IMG/VR virus record: IMGVR_UViG_3300043473_000126
Coordinates: 1-38,667 of that record
Strand: one strand, 5' to 3'
DNA length: 38,667 bases
DNA from: a virus
Lineage: Duplodnaviria > Caudoviricetes
Shown: positions 8,318-17,168 of the stretch, piece after piece
Position numbering within the stretch: position 1 is the stretch's first letter
Layout of the letters: every line of letters begins with the position of its first letter
Translations under genes and position numbers: made by a program
Notes under the pieces: generated by a model
The model's database searches: none
Told to the model about the DNA's origin: nothing
The model's input: only the letters and a program-made list of their open reading frames with translations

Positions 8318-8771
8318 ACGACCCACTATCCAGCAGGTCATGCTGGGGGTCTGTGTCATCCTGGCGACGCGGGCGACCTGTAAGAAGTTACAAGTCGGCT
8401 GCGTCCTGGTTGACAAGTTTCAACGCATACTAGGAACTGGTTACAATGGCGTGGCCCGCGACCAACCTCACTGCATTGACACGGCTTGCCCTGGTGCCCT
8501 CGCTCCTAAGGGGGCCGACCTCTGCGAAGCCATCCACGCCGAGCAGAACGCGCTCCTCGTCTGCCGCAACCCAGACGACGTCTACGTCTGCTATACCACG
8601 CATGCTCCGTGCCTCCGTTGCACAAAGCTTCTTCTTAACACTGGGTGCGAGTCCATCCAATATCTTTACGGAGAAAACGGTGAACCAGCAGCCGAACGAA
8701 TCTGGCGCGCAGCCGGAAGAGATTGGTTCCGACACGACGTCAGTGGAATGGCGGGTAGTACCGGGCTATGA
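8310..8771 (+). CDS. dCMP deaminase-family Zn-dependent deaminase
   Basis: RATC..LQVGCVLV, GTGYNG, HAEQNA, PCLRC; TTG start after GGAGG 8299-8303. Confidence 0.9.
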   Translation: MIERPTIQQVMLGVCVILATRATCKKLQVGCVLVDKFQRILGTGYNGVARDQPHCIDTACPGALAPKGADLCEAIHAEQNALLVCRNPDDVYVCYTTHAPCLRCTKLLLNTGCESIQYLYGENGEPAAERIWRAAGRDWFRHDVSGMAGSTGL

Positions 8772-9219
8772 AGAGTTCGAAGTCAACAGAGCAGGCGGTA
8801 TCCGCGAGAATGGCGGACCTGCTCGTGTCAGAGTGGCAGGTTCCGGACATATTTATGTCCTCAGAACCAAATCAAGACCTGCGTTGCTTGTCCACCGCGG
8901 AGTACTTCTTGCATTCGAGGGGCCCTGCCCTCCGGGACATGTTTGTCGGCATCTTGACGACAATCCCGCCAACAACCAGTTCGACAACCTGAAGTGGGGC
9001 ACTAAGAAAGAGAACGCCGAAGACCGCGTCAGGAATGCCCCCACAAAGCCGGGGTGGACTGACGAGCGCCGGCACCTAGAACGGATCAAACAATTGGAGG
9101 AGGAGAACCTTGCGCTAAGAACCCAGAACATGCGCTTCAAGGCGACGATCATGAACTTCGTCGCCGATCGGTCAACCCGCGTTACTCAATCTCTTTTGAA
9201 GGAGCTAGGACTCTCATGA
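8680..9219 (+). CDS. NUMOD4-like/HNH homing-type endonuclease with C-terminal coiled coil
   Basis: EWRVVPGYEEFEVN..G.IR; VHRGVLLAFEG...CRHLDDNPANNQFDNLKWGTKKEN; GTG start after GGAG. Confidence 0.8.
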   Translation: MNQQPNESGAQPEEIGSDTTSVEWRVVPGYEEFEVNRAGGIRENGGPARVRVAGSGHIYVLRTKSRPALLVHRGVLLAFEGPCPPGHVCRHLDDNPANNQFDNLKWGTKKENAEDRVRNAPTKPGWTDERRHLERIKQLEEENLALRTQNMRFKATIMNFVADRSTRVTQSLLKELGLS

Positions 9220-9395
9220 ACTTCACCGACCTCACGAAGGAAGAAGCGGCCTTGGTGCTCGACGGGCTAGCATCGCTGCCTCTCGCGAAGAGCTACAACC
9301 TCTTCAACAAGCTGGCGCAACAAGCGCAACAGCAGGGCCAGCAGATGCCCCAGGTCGCAGCGGCTCCCGCAGCTGGTTCGGACGTGGTGCAATGA
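9216..9395 (+). CDS. 59-aa hypothetical protein (resembles small tail-fibre-associated proteins)
   Basis: MNFTDLTKEEAALVLDGLASLPLAKSYNLFNKLAQQAQQQ...; ATGA-coupled to HNH; high GC3. Confidence 0.7.
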   Translation: MNFTDLTKEEAALVLDGLASLPLAKSYNLFNKLAQQAQQQGQQMPQVAAAPAAGSDVVQ

Positions 9396-9517
9396 GCGCG
9401 AAGGCCACGCTCGACAAGACACGGCCGTCCTATCCCTGGACGGCTCGCCAGAAGCGCCAAAAGGTTAGCGGACGCTTGACGCGGAAGCAGATGCGGGTAG
9501 TCACCCGCAATATCTAG
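9392..9517 (+). CDS. 41-aa basic hypothetical peptide
   Basis: ATGA-coupled ORF MSAKATLDKTRPSYPWTARQKRQK...; stop overlaps the convergent gene's stop. Confidence 0.35.
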   Translation: MSAKATLDKTRPSYPWTARQKRQKVSGRLTRKQMRVVTRNI

Positions 9518-9741
9518 TATCTGCCGCGATCGCGCAAGAACTTCACCTGAGCAGCGGCCTGCTTGGCTCGCTCCTCAGGTGACCAACCTTTGGTGAACCC
9601 GATGCTCGATGCGGGGGCACTCACTGGCGGAGCCGGTGGCATTGGACGGCCGAGGGGCAGGCCACCTCTACGACGCGCTTCGTCCAGGCGCTTTTGTTCT
9701 TCGGTAGCCTCATCGCTACCGCCTTCCAGATAATCAGGCAT
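9514..9741 (-). CDS. small hypothetical protein, last gene of the late operon
   Basis: AAGGAGG RBS; C-terminal AKQAAAQVKFLR motif resembles that of ORF 21023-21223. Confidence 0.75.
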   Translation of the reverse strand: MPDYLEGGSDEATEEQKRLDEARRRGGLPLGRPMPPAPPVSAPASSIGFTKGWSPEERAKQAAAQVKFLRDRGRY

Positions 9742-9753
9742 GATGCCTCCTTG

Positions 9754-11871
9754 TTAACCGACCCGCATCCAGAGAACGGTGTCGACGTTGGTTGCGTTTG
9801 TCTCGCGACCTAGCATTCGGTAAGTGCCGACGTTGAAGGACGTGTTGGTCGCATTGCCGAAGATCGTAATGGTGACTGCCCCGCCCAGAGCAACGTCCGA
9901 GAACGGGTTCATGGTCGGCATACCAACGCCTCGACCGAGCAAGATGCCGCCAACTGGGAAGGTGATGCCGCCGCTCCCAAATGCTCCGGACTCCGTACAG
10001 ATCGCCACACGGAAGTCAGTAACCCCTTCGCGGACGAAGATAGAGTCATTGCCAGTGGGGACCGTGACCTTCGGTTGTCCGTTTACTATGATCAGCGTAC
10101 TGTGGTTGCTCAGCGAACCAACACGGACGTCAGTATTGGCGTTCGCCTGTAGGAAGGCCGACGCACCGCTCGTGTGGCGAAGTCGAGCGACCGCCGCAGT
10201 TCCATCGGTAACGTCAATCGGATAGGCCGGCGCAGCTCCGGTGTTTATGCCGAGGTAGCCTGCGTTGGTAATCCACACCCGCGTTGTGGACGCATCGATG
10301 AACTGCCAGCCCTGATAGTCACCGCCACCCGCGATGAACGAGCGATCCCCGAACTTGATCATGCCCTGATTAGGCGCGCCTGCCACATCAAGGTGAAGCG
10401 CAGGTACCCCGCTCGTCGCGCTCTGCACGTCGAGCTTAAACCCAGGAGCTGAGTTGCCAATGCCGACCTGCTGGCCCGTGGTCACGGTAACGACTGGACT
10501 ATTCAGGTGACTGCTGACGCCGATCCGGTATGAGGAGTCCGCAGCGCGAATCCCAGTACTCCAGTCCCAAGTACCTTGGTTGACATAGTGGGTGAACGCA
10601 TCACTACCAGTCTGCGTGCCCCCGTTGCTGAGCTCCAGCTTGGCACGCGAGTTGACTGTATTCGAGAAATTGCTGATGAAGATGGCTACATCGCCACCTG
10701 GAGCCGAATAGCCAGCGGACATGTTGCCGCCTGAGTTGATCGAACTAGCAGTGGTCAGGACGCCCGCATTGCTGAGGGACATGCGGTTCACGCCAGTGGT
10801 GTTCCACTGATAGTCGCTGGCTCCAAAGGTGAACTTGTCCCATGCGGGGGACTGTCTATCAAAGGAACGAAGCTCAGACTCGGCCGGATTCAGGCGCACC
10901 CACTCCAGGCCTACATCATTGGCTGCTTGGGCCTGAACTCGGAACTGAACGCCAGCCGGCGGGATGCAGTTGATGCCGAGGTTGCCTGCTGGCGTCAGCC
11001 GCATCTGCTCAGTGCCGCCGCCAGCAGAGAAGCGGACTGAGCCGCTTGCGTTCCGGGCACTGATCGCAATACCGCCTACACCATCGGCCAGCATCAGGGC
11101 TGCGCTCGGTCCAGCAAGAGGGTAGCCAGTATACCCAGGACCGGTCATCAAAAACTGCGAAGAGATGCTGCCAGAGATCGTAGCAACGAATCCCGTTGCC
11201 GCAGCTACTCCCAGATTTGGATTGAGCGAGGTGAATCCAGTAACGCTGTCGGCAGACCCTGCCACGGACAGGAGACCGCCCGGCGCGAACTGCATCGCCG
11301 TGACGCCGGCACCCAGAGTCCAGCCCAGCGTGTTCGGCGCTGGGTGCCACATTCCTGTATCGGGGTCAGAGGTGAACGAGTATGCCGGCAGAGCAGCAGT
11401 TCCGTCAGGTACTAGTATCTGGCCCGCGGCATTGCCAGTGAAGCTGCCATCAACAGTCAGGTTTCCGATGATGGCAGTGTTCCCACCAACAGCAAGATCG
11501 CCTGTTACACTTGCATCACCAGAGGCTTGGAAGTCACCGGTAACTGCCAAGTCAGCGTTGATGCCTACAGTAGATGAGGACCAGGACTGCCGTAGCACCC
11601 CCGCTATCGACATCCCCACAGTATTGGGTGCGAAGCGGTATAGCCCCGTGGAGGGGGCCAACGCGAAGGCGAGACCAGGCAGTGCAACCGTCCCATCAAC
11701 GACCAGGAAAGGCAACAGCGGACCAAGGAGGCCATCCCTGGTGATCACGTTGTTCAGCTGGACGGCAATGTCCGACATCGTGTCATTGGCCCAGATGGAC
11801 TCAATGACGGTACCGCTGACGACTGGGTTACCAGACGGAAGGGTATAGTTACCACCTGAATCGCGCGGCAT
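9754..11871 (-). CDS. tail fibre protein
   Basis: Podovirus-type N-terminus MPRDSGGNYTLPSGNPVVSGTVIES; duplicated DGT.ALP...F...P.TG module; repeated G.(L/V)GI..AP...(L/I)DV units. Confidence 0.85.
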   Translation of the reverse strand: MPRDSGGNYTLPSGNPVVSGTVIESIWANDTMSDIAVQLNNVITRDGLLGPLLPFLVVDGTVALPGLAFALAPSTGLYRFAPNTVGMSIAGVLRQSWSSSTVGINADLAVTGDFQASGDASVTGDLAVGGNTAIIGNLTVDGSFTGNAAGQILVPDGTAALPAYSFTSDPDTGMWHPAPNTLGWTLGAGVTAMQFAPGGLLSVAGSADSVTGFTSLNPNLGVAAATGFVATISGSISSQFLMTGPGYTGYPLAGPSAALMLADGVGGIAISARNASGSVRFSAGGGTEQMRLTPAGNLGINCIPPAGVQFRVQAQAANDVGLEWVRLNPAESELRSFDRQSPAWDKFTFGASDYQWNTTGVNRMSLSNAGVLTTASSINSGGNMSAGYSAPGGDVAIFISNFSNTVNSRAKLELSNGGTQTGSDAFTHYVNQGTWDWSTGIRAADSSYRIGVSSHLNSPVVTVTTGQQVGIGNSAPGFKLDVQSATSGVPALHLDVAGAPNQGMIKFGDRSFIAGGGDYQGWQFIDASTTRVWITNAGYLGINTGAAPAYPIDVTDGTAAVARLRHTSGASAFLQANANTDVRVGSLSNHSTLIIVNGQPKVTVPTGNDSIFVREGVTDFRVAICTESGAFGSGGITFPVGGILLGRGVGMPTMNPFSDVALGGAVTITIFGNATNTSFNVGTYRMLGRETNATNVDTVLWMRVG

Positions 11872-11884
11872 GGCAGCCCCTTAG

Positions 11885-13672
11885 TTATTTAGCAGCTGCA
11901 GCACCAGCAGCGCTAGCAGTAGTAGATGCAAGTGCGTCTGCAAGACCTTCAGACATCTTCTTAACGACTGCTTGCTTGGCCGTCAGCGGTTCATTGCCGG
12001 CAACACGAGCACTTACATCGTCAACCATCTTCATGAACTTGTCTGGGTCTAGAAGCGCTTCGTCAATCTCCTTCATGACCCTATCTTGATTAGACACCCG
12101 CAGGTCATTCAAGGCGCTAACCTTGGCCTTGTTGAGGAACATGTTTGCCATGCCCCAACCCTTGGCCTTGACGAAGGCGCCGAGTACCATCGGGATGTGG
12201 TCGGTCCACTTGCTGACGTCTGGGGTTATGGCACCTTGCCCATACTTCACTACGTCACGCCGTGACAGGTCATCAGCAAGGTTTATGGCTATGTCGCGTT
12301 CATCCGGCGACAAGCCGTTCTGTGTCTTAGCAAGAGCTTGTCGAAGGGGCTGTGCCCTAACGTCGGGGACCCTCTCGGCGCCTGTTCCGAACTGTCTCCC
12401 GCCTGGGATTACGCCATCGCGCATGAACGTACCACGCAGCGCTTCTCCTGCATCTGTAACGTCAGGGGACAAATGCAGCGCATCCCACGCTGAACGAGCA
12501 ACACGCTCGTCATGCGAGTTGAAATCAGCCAGCCCTCTGCGCCTAGCGCCTCGTTCTAGGGCGCCAAGACGTGGGTTCTGTGACATTGAAGCCGATGTCT
12601 CTGGGATCATGCCAGGAGTCGCCCCCTCCATAGCTGTACGAGCCTCAGCGAGACCTTCTTTGCCTAGTGTCTTGGTCAGGCCACCAACAGCTCTGAGCTC
12701 GAGCTCTTTCTGGCTAGGCCAGAACGCGTTCTTAACGCCTGATGCAACACTGGCGCCGTACTTGAAAGGCAACGAAGCTACTTTCAGGATTGGTACCGCC
12801 GCAGCACCCCCGGCAGCGCCTTCAAGTGAGTCTACCAGACGGTGGCCAAGGTCGCCCTTGTCATCTGCGTGCCCTACAAGGCCTGCTGTCGTAGCGCCCT
12901 GCACTGCGCCCTCAGTCATCTTCCCTAGGTTCAGTACTTTGCCGCCGTACTGAGCTGCTTGGGCTAGCTCAGGTATTGCTCTCGTTAGGACCTTACCGCC
13001 CAAATTAGCAACGCCCCCGCCGATAGGGGCGGTTATCAACCCCTCAGCTAGCAGCTCGCCAGCGGTGCCCCAGTTGCCTAGAGGCTTGTTACGTTTCTCA
13101 CGGTCGATCCGTTCCTGGCGACCCTCATCATCTTCGAGACCAACGAGGTCCTTGGCGCCAGAGATAGCGTTACGCAGCCCTGACTGAAAGCCAACAGCTC
13201 CTTTCTGGTACCATGGCATACCAGTAGCAGGATTGGCCATGCGCTCTGTATCGGCACGATCCTTCGCCAGCTGCTCTTCATGTGATAGCTTGCTAACGGG
13301 GGGCCGATCAAGTGGTTTTAGTTCGCCCGTCGGAGCGGCAGTGCGTGGCGCACCGCCGGGTACCCCTTGTGGCCCAGGTGGAGGTTCCGTGATGGGGGCA
13401 GCTCCTGGCGGAGTGTCACGAGGTATCGCGTAGGGCGTAGGCCAAGGCGGCGACGAAGCATTGCCTGGAATCGCGTAGCTAGATACCTTCTTAGCCGGTA
13501 GACGCTGATCGCCCTCAGGGCCTTGTACCTTGCCGCCTACATCGTCAGCTCTCGTCATCATGTCTGGATAGATGACGTCATTGAATTTTGCAGTCGCCGC
13601 CTCAAGACCGCCTTCCTTGACAGTCACATAGGCTACGCGCCCATCATCAAACGAGAACTTGTAGCGGCCCAT
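11885..13672 (-). CDS. internal virion/DNA ejection protein
   Basis: Ala/Gly-rich helical protein with hydrophobic Gly-rich segments, between tail genes and fibre. Confidence 0.65.
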   Translation of the reverse strand: MGRYKFSFDDGRVAYVTVKEGGLEAATAKFNDVIYPDMMTRADDVGGKVQGPEGDQRLPAKKVSSYAIPGNASSPPWPTPYAIPRDTPPGAAPITEPPPGPQGVPGGAPRTAAPTGELKPLDRPPVSKLSHEEQLAKDRADTERMANPATGMPWYQKGAVGFQSGLRNAISGAKDLVGLEDDEGRQERIDREKRNKPLGNWGTAGELLAEGLITAPIGGGVANLGGKVLTRAIPELAQAAQYGGKVLNLGKMTEGAVQGATTAGLVGHADDKGDLGHRLVDSLEGAAGGAAAVPILKVASLPFKYGASVASGVKNAFWPSQKELELRAVGGLTKTLGKEGLAEARTAMEGATPGMIPETSASMSQNPRLGALERGARRRGLADFNSHDERVARSAWDALHLSPDVTDAGEALRGTFMRDGVIPGGRQFGTGAERVPDVRAQPLRQALAKTQNGLSPDERDIAINLADDLSRRDVVKYGQGAITPDVSKWTDHIPMVLGAFVKAKGWGMANMFLNKAKVSALNDLRVSNQDRVMKEIDEALLDPDKFMKMVDDVSARVAGNEPLTAKQAVVKKMSEGLADALASTTASAAGAAAAK

Positions 13673-13674
13673 GG

Positions 13675-14982
13675 CTATTCCTCAGTGACTGTGACACCAG
13701 GGGGCAGATCGGTTCTACGACGACTTTGAGATACTGGGCGCATTGTTCGCTGCGTAGGCAGGATCGGTTGCGCGCCAGCTCCTGGAATGGCTTCGAAGTT
13801 CTCTGGTTGTTCCGGGAACGCCTCTCCAACAGCTGGTCGACCAGTCTGGACGAAGCCATTGCGGAGCCGGTTGAAGTAATGCGCTGCAACCTGGGCCCGA
13901 ATCTGCAAGTTCTTGGCAATGACTTGCGGATCAGTGAGCTTGCTGAACGTGGCGTTGTCCCAGGCGGTCTTCTCTGAAGCAGTGAAAGCTGAACCGAACT
14001 TAGAGTGCCGTTCCATGAGCGCCACAGTGGCCTCGTACTGGCTCCACCAGTTTGCAGCTTCCTTCTGTTCGTCTGAAGACATGCTTCCAGGAGCAAGCTT
14101 GCCCACGAACTGATCGAAGGCTCCGCCGGGACCTCCGAACTGCGGTTTGAAGGACGTAAAGGAGCCGCTGATGTTCTGAGCAATGGCTTCGGCATCAGTC
14201 ATCTTAGAAACGACTGTTGGCGGCACAGGTTGTGACTTCTGACCAGCTGCAAGTGCTCTTTCATGCGCCGCATCGACTCGGGACTGTGCTTCGACGGCAG
14301 CAATGCTGCGCTTTGTAGCATCCGCCTCTCTGAACAGCGTCGCCTTCTGGTTCTCATCCAAACGATGGTCGGCAAGCTTGACCTGAATCTCAGACAAGCG
14401 ATTCTTGTACGTTGTACTGATCTGATCCAGACGATTCTGACGCTGATACGACGATTCCTGTGCTTTCCAGGCACGGTTCGCCTCACGATCAGGCTCGCTG
14501 ATCATCTGATCTTCCATGTACTTGGAAGCCAGCGTCTTCGATAGCGGGTTCTGCATGCCCCGCGCAGCCCACGCCATCTGCTCTTCTTTAGTGGGCTGCG
14601 TGGTCTGCTTGACCATTTGAACCTTCATGGGGTTCATGTCTTCCTGGCCCTCTGGCATGGGTCCAGGCGCAACGCTACCAGGAATCTCTTCTGGTGTCGA
14701 GATGGTCTTGGCAAGCGGACGACTGTTCATCCAGTCCTTGTAGTCTGACTGCACTCGACCAGAGAGCTCTGTCTGCGCGGTCTCAGCTTGGCGTTCCTTG
14801 CGCGCGCCCATGATCGTGCTGACGAGGGGGGCCAACTGTTGTGTCCACGAAGGCTTGACGTACCAACCGCTAACCATCTGGCCTGGTCCGGCACTTTGTT
14901 GGCCCCCAGCACGCAACGCCTGCGCCTGCGCAAGCATGCGCTGGATCTGAGCCTGTTCTGATTCGTAGTCGGTAATTGGCAT
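13675..14982 (-). CDS. internal virion/DNA ejection protein
   Basis: N-terminal AQAQALR...GQMVSGWYVKPSWTQQLA; Q/A-rich helical; AAGGAG RBS; synteny. Confidence 0.65.
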   Translation of the reverse strand: MPITDYESEQAQIQRMLAQAQALRAGGQQSAGPGQMVSGWYVKPSWTQQLAPLVSTIMGARKERQAETAQTELSGRVQSDYKDWMNSRPLAKTISTPEEIPGSVAPGPMPEGQEDMNPMKVQMVKQTTQPTKEEQMAWAARGMQNPLSKTLASKYMEDQMISEPDREANRAWKAQESSYQRQNRLDQISTTYKNRLSEIQVKLADHRLDENQKATLFREADATKRSIAAVEAQSRVDAAHERALAAGQKSQPVPPTVVSKMTDAEAIAQNISGSFTSFKPQFGGPGGAFDQFVGKLAPGSMSSDEQKEAANWWSQYEATVALMERHSKFGSAFTASEKTAWDNATFSKLTDPQVIAKNLQIRAQVAAHYFNRLRNGFVQTGRPAVGEAFPEQPENFEAIPGAGAQPILPTQRTMRPVSQSRRRTDLPPGVTVTEE

Positions 14983-14991
14983 GATCGCTCC

Positions 14992-16386
14992 TTAACTCGG
15001 TACCGACACGAGCTGACCGTTGGCGTCTACCTGCCAAGTATAGCTGCCATTGTTCATGTACGGCGTCTGCGCTTGTCCAGCTGTCGGCGCGAGCGCTCTA
15101 CCAGCAGCACCGCCAAGTGCGGCACCACCAGGACCACCGAAGTAGCCGCCTACTAGCGTACCAGCTGTTGATAGCAGTCCGGACCACATGCCTGCGCTCT
15201 TGGCTTCATCGGCGTTGTACTGACTTGCCTTTGCGGCGTAGGCGTCCTGTGCCGCTTTGGCGATCTGTGCTGCGCTTGCACCGCCAACGTTGGAATAGCC
15301 ACTGAACGTAGGCGACGTGGCCTGTGTCATGCCAGAAAGCTGCTGATACTCTGCCATTGGCTGCGAGCGTGCCAGAAGCTGCTCGCTCAGGGCACGTTGG
15401 CGGTCATCCAGACTGGCCGATCGCATTGTGCCTTGTTCGCCTAGTTCCTGGCCACGCAGCGCATTGGCATAGGCCGAAGCCTGCGCTTTCTGAGCGAAAT
15501 CAGAGGCCAAGATGTTGTTATTGAACGCGTCACCAGCAAGCTGCTCCCCGGTCTGCTGGGCCCTTGTCTGGTTCGCAAAATTGGCAACATCGGACAGCTC
15601 CGAGGCGCCTTGCCGGCGAGCTGTCATGCCCCGATTGAAGATATCGTTGTAAGCAGTCGTTGCACCGAGCAATGCTTGGTTCTGGGCGTCTACATCCTTC
15701 CTGTTCAACCGGTCTTGCGATACGCCGAAGCCCTCATCGGTCTCATTGAAGCCCTGCGCCTTGAGACGCTGAACCTCTCGTTGACGCTGCATGTCCAAAT
15801 CAGGCTGCGTACGAGCCAACATGGCCTTACGAACGTCTTCGACCGCGCCGAACCCAGAGTCTGGCATCTTGCCGAGACTACTATAGTCCAGATTACCGTA
15901 GGCATGCTCACCGGTAGGATCGAACGTGGACATCTGGTCCGCGTTCGGGTTCAGATCGGCTCCTGCGGCATGCAACTGGCTTGGATCTAGGCTCTGGACC
16001 TTCGGCAGGCCATTGAAATCGAGGTTTCCTTGCGTCGCGGAAATTGCTTTCGCAAGTGCAGGGTTCGCCGCAGCAGCTAGTTGCTGCTTCTGTATCTGGG
16101 CAGCATCATAGAGCGTTTGCTGCCCAGGCGAAAGGGCCGTCGTCTGAGTCCACTGGCCCGTTGCGGGGTCCATTGTCCACGTGGACGACCCATCAGGCGT
16201 GATCTGGTTAGGCCTGTTTGCTGCGGCAACGCGGTCCGCAGCGATACGATCCAGATCGGCCTGCTTCTGAGCTAGGTCCTGGTAGTCCGGAGGAGTCGGC
16301 TCATTGCCCTTATCCTTGTGGAAGAGGTCCTGGACCTTGTCTGATATTGCATTCCCGACTGGGTCGAGAAATTTCATGAATGACAT
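14992..16386 (-). CDS. internal virion/DNA injection (pilot) protein
   Basis: PTPPDY...AANRPNQITPDGSSTW...TQTTALSP N-terminus; C-terminal Gly-rich hydrophobic tract GTLVGGYFGGPGGAALGGAAG. Confidence 0.7.
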   Translation of the reverse strand: MSFMKFLDPVGNAISDKVQDLFHKDKGNEPTPPDYQDLAQKQADLDRIAADRVAAANRPNQITPDGSSTWTMDPATGQWTQTTALSPGQQTLYDAAQIQKQQLAAAANPALAKAISATQGNLDFNGLPKVQSLDPSQLHAAGADLNPNADQMSTFDPTGEHAYGNLDYSSLGKMPDSGFGAVEDVRKAMLARTQPDLDMQRQREVQRLKAQGFNETDEGFGVSQDRLNRKDVDAQNQALLGATTAYNDIFNRGMTARRQGASELSDVANFANQTRAQQTGEQLAGDAFNNNILASDFAQKAQASAYANALRGQELGEQGTMRSASLDDRQRALSEQLLARSQPMAEYQQLSGMTQATSPTFSGYSNVGGASAAQIAKAAQDAYAAKASQYNADEAKSAGMWSGLLSTAGTLVGGYFGGPGGAALGGAAGRALAPTAGQAQTPYMNNGSYTWQVDANGQLVSVPS

Positions 16387-16804
16387 GGTGTCTCTCCAAC
16401 CACTTACATTGCTCGCGGTGCATGCTGAAGATATGCAAATCTCCAGACATGCCTGCTCTTGGTATTACGCATGCTTTTGTCCAACCCATTCGTCTTGTAA
16501 TATCAAGGGACACTACATTGTCGCTTGATACTTCACAAACCACTGTCTTCAGATCCAGCTGAAGAAATGGATAGGCGTACATGAATCCTAGGAACCGCCT
16601 AGTTAACCACCCCTTTTCACCCGCCATGTACATGACGCATGACTGGTTGGTAAAGTGGTCATATCCAGCTACGCCTATCAATTTCCTTTCTGAATCACAA
16701 CTGCCAACCGCCATCAACCTGGCGGTTGGCACTAGCTTCAACCGACTACACAGCCACTCCCGAAGGAGCAGCTGGTTAGCGCATTCCACGTAGCCTATTG
16801 GCAT
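16310..16804 (-). CDS. GNAT-fold morphogenesis protein
   Basis: LIGVAGY...WLTRRFL..MYAYPFLQL...V..DN..SL....RMGW; position between nozzle and ejection genes; start placed at MPIG. Confidence 0.7.
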   Translation of the reverse strand: MPIGYVECANQLLLREWLCSRLKLVPTARLMAVGSCDSERKLIGVAGYDHFTNQSCVMYMAGEKGWLTRRFLGFMYAYPFLQLDLKTVVCEVSSDNVVSLDITRRMGWTKACVIPRAGMSGDLHIFSMHREQCKWLERHHVIHEISRPSRECNIRQGPGPLPQG

Positions 16805-17168
16805 AGGCTTGGGCCATGGCAGGATTACCGCCCCCTGGTGCAAACATGCGGCCAGGAGGGGCCATTCCCGGTGGCATCCGTCCGGGAGGCATCATGCCCT
16901 GCGGCGGGGGCATTCCCATGCCTTGGGGTGGCATTCCTTGCGGTGGCATGCCTGCTCCGGGCGGCATACCTGCACCAGGCGGCGGGCCCATCGGACCTGG
17001 CCCTGCGCCCATGGGCATACCTCCGCCGGGCGGGGGGCCCATCGGGGTGACTTGCGGCATGCCAGGCGCTCCGGGGACGCCAGGCGGCATCACGCCCTGC
17101 GGTTGGGCCATTGGCGGACGTTGCATCATGTTGGGCATCATCCCAGGCGGCAACTGATTGGGCATCAT
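16776..17168 (-). CDS. Pro/Gly/Met-rich low-complexity protein
   Basis: Start overlaps the nozzle stop (ATGA); MPPG/GMPP repeats; ends AQAYANRLRGMR. Confidence 0.65.
   Translation of the reverse strand: MMPNQLPPGMMPNMMQRPPMAQPQGVMPPGVPGAPGMPQVTPMGPPPGGGMPMGAGPGPMGPPPGAGMPPGAGMPPQGMPPQGMGMPPPQGMMPPGRMPPGMAPPGRMFAPGGGNPAMAQAYANRLRGMR

Noticed and set aside
9754-11871. Diversity-generating retroelement or invertible tail-fibre cassette
   Set aside because: No reverse transcriptase, recombinase or duplicated template region seen.
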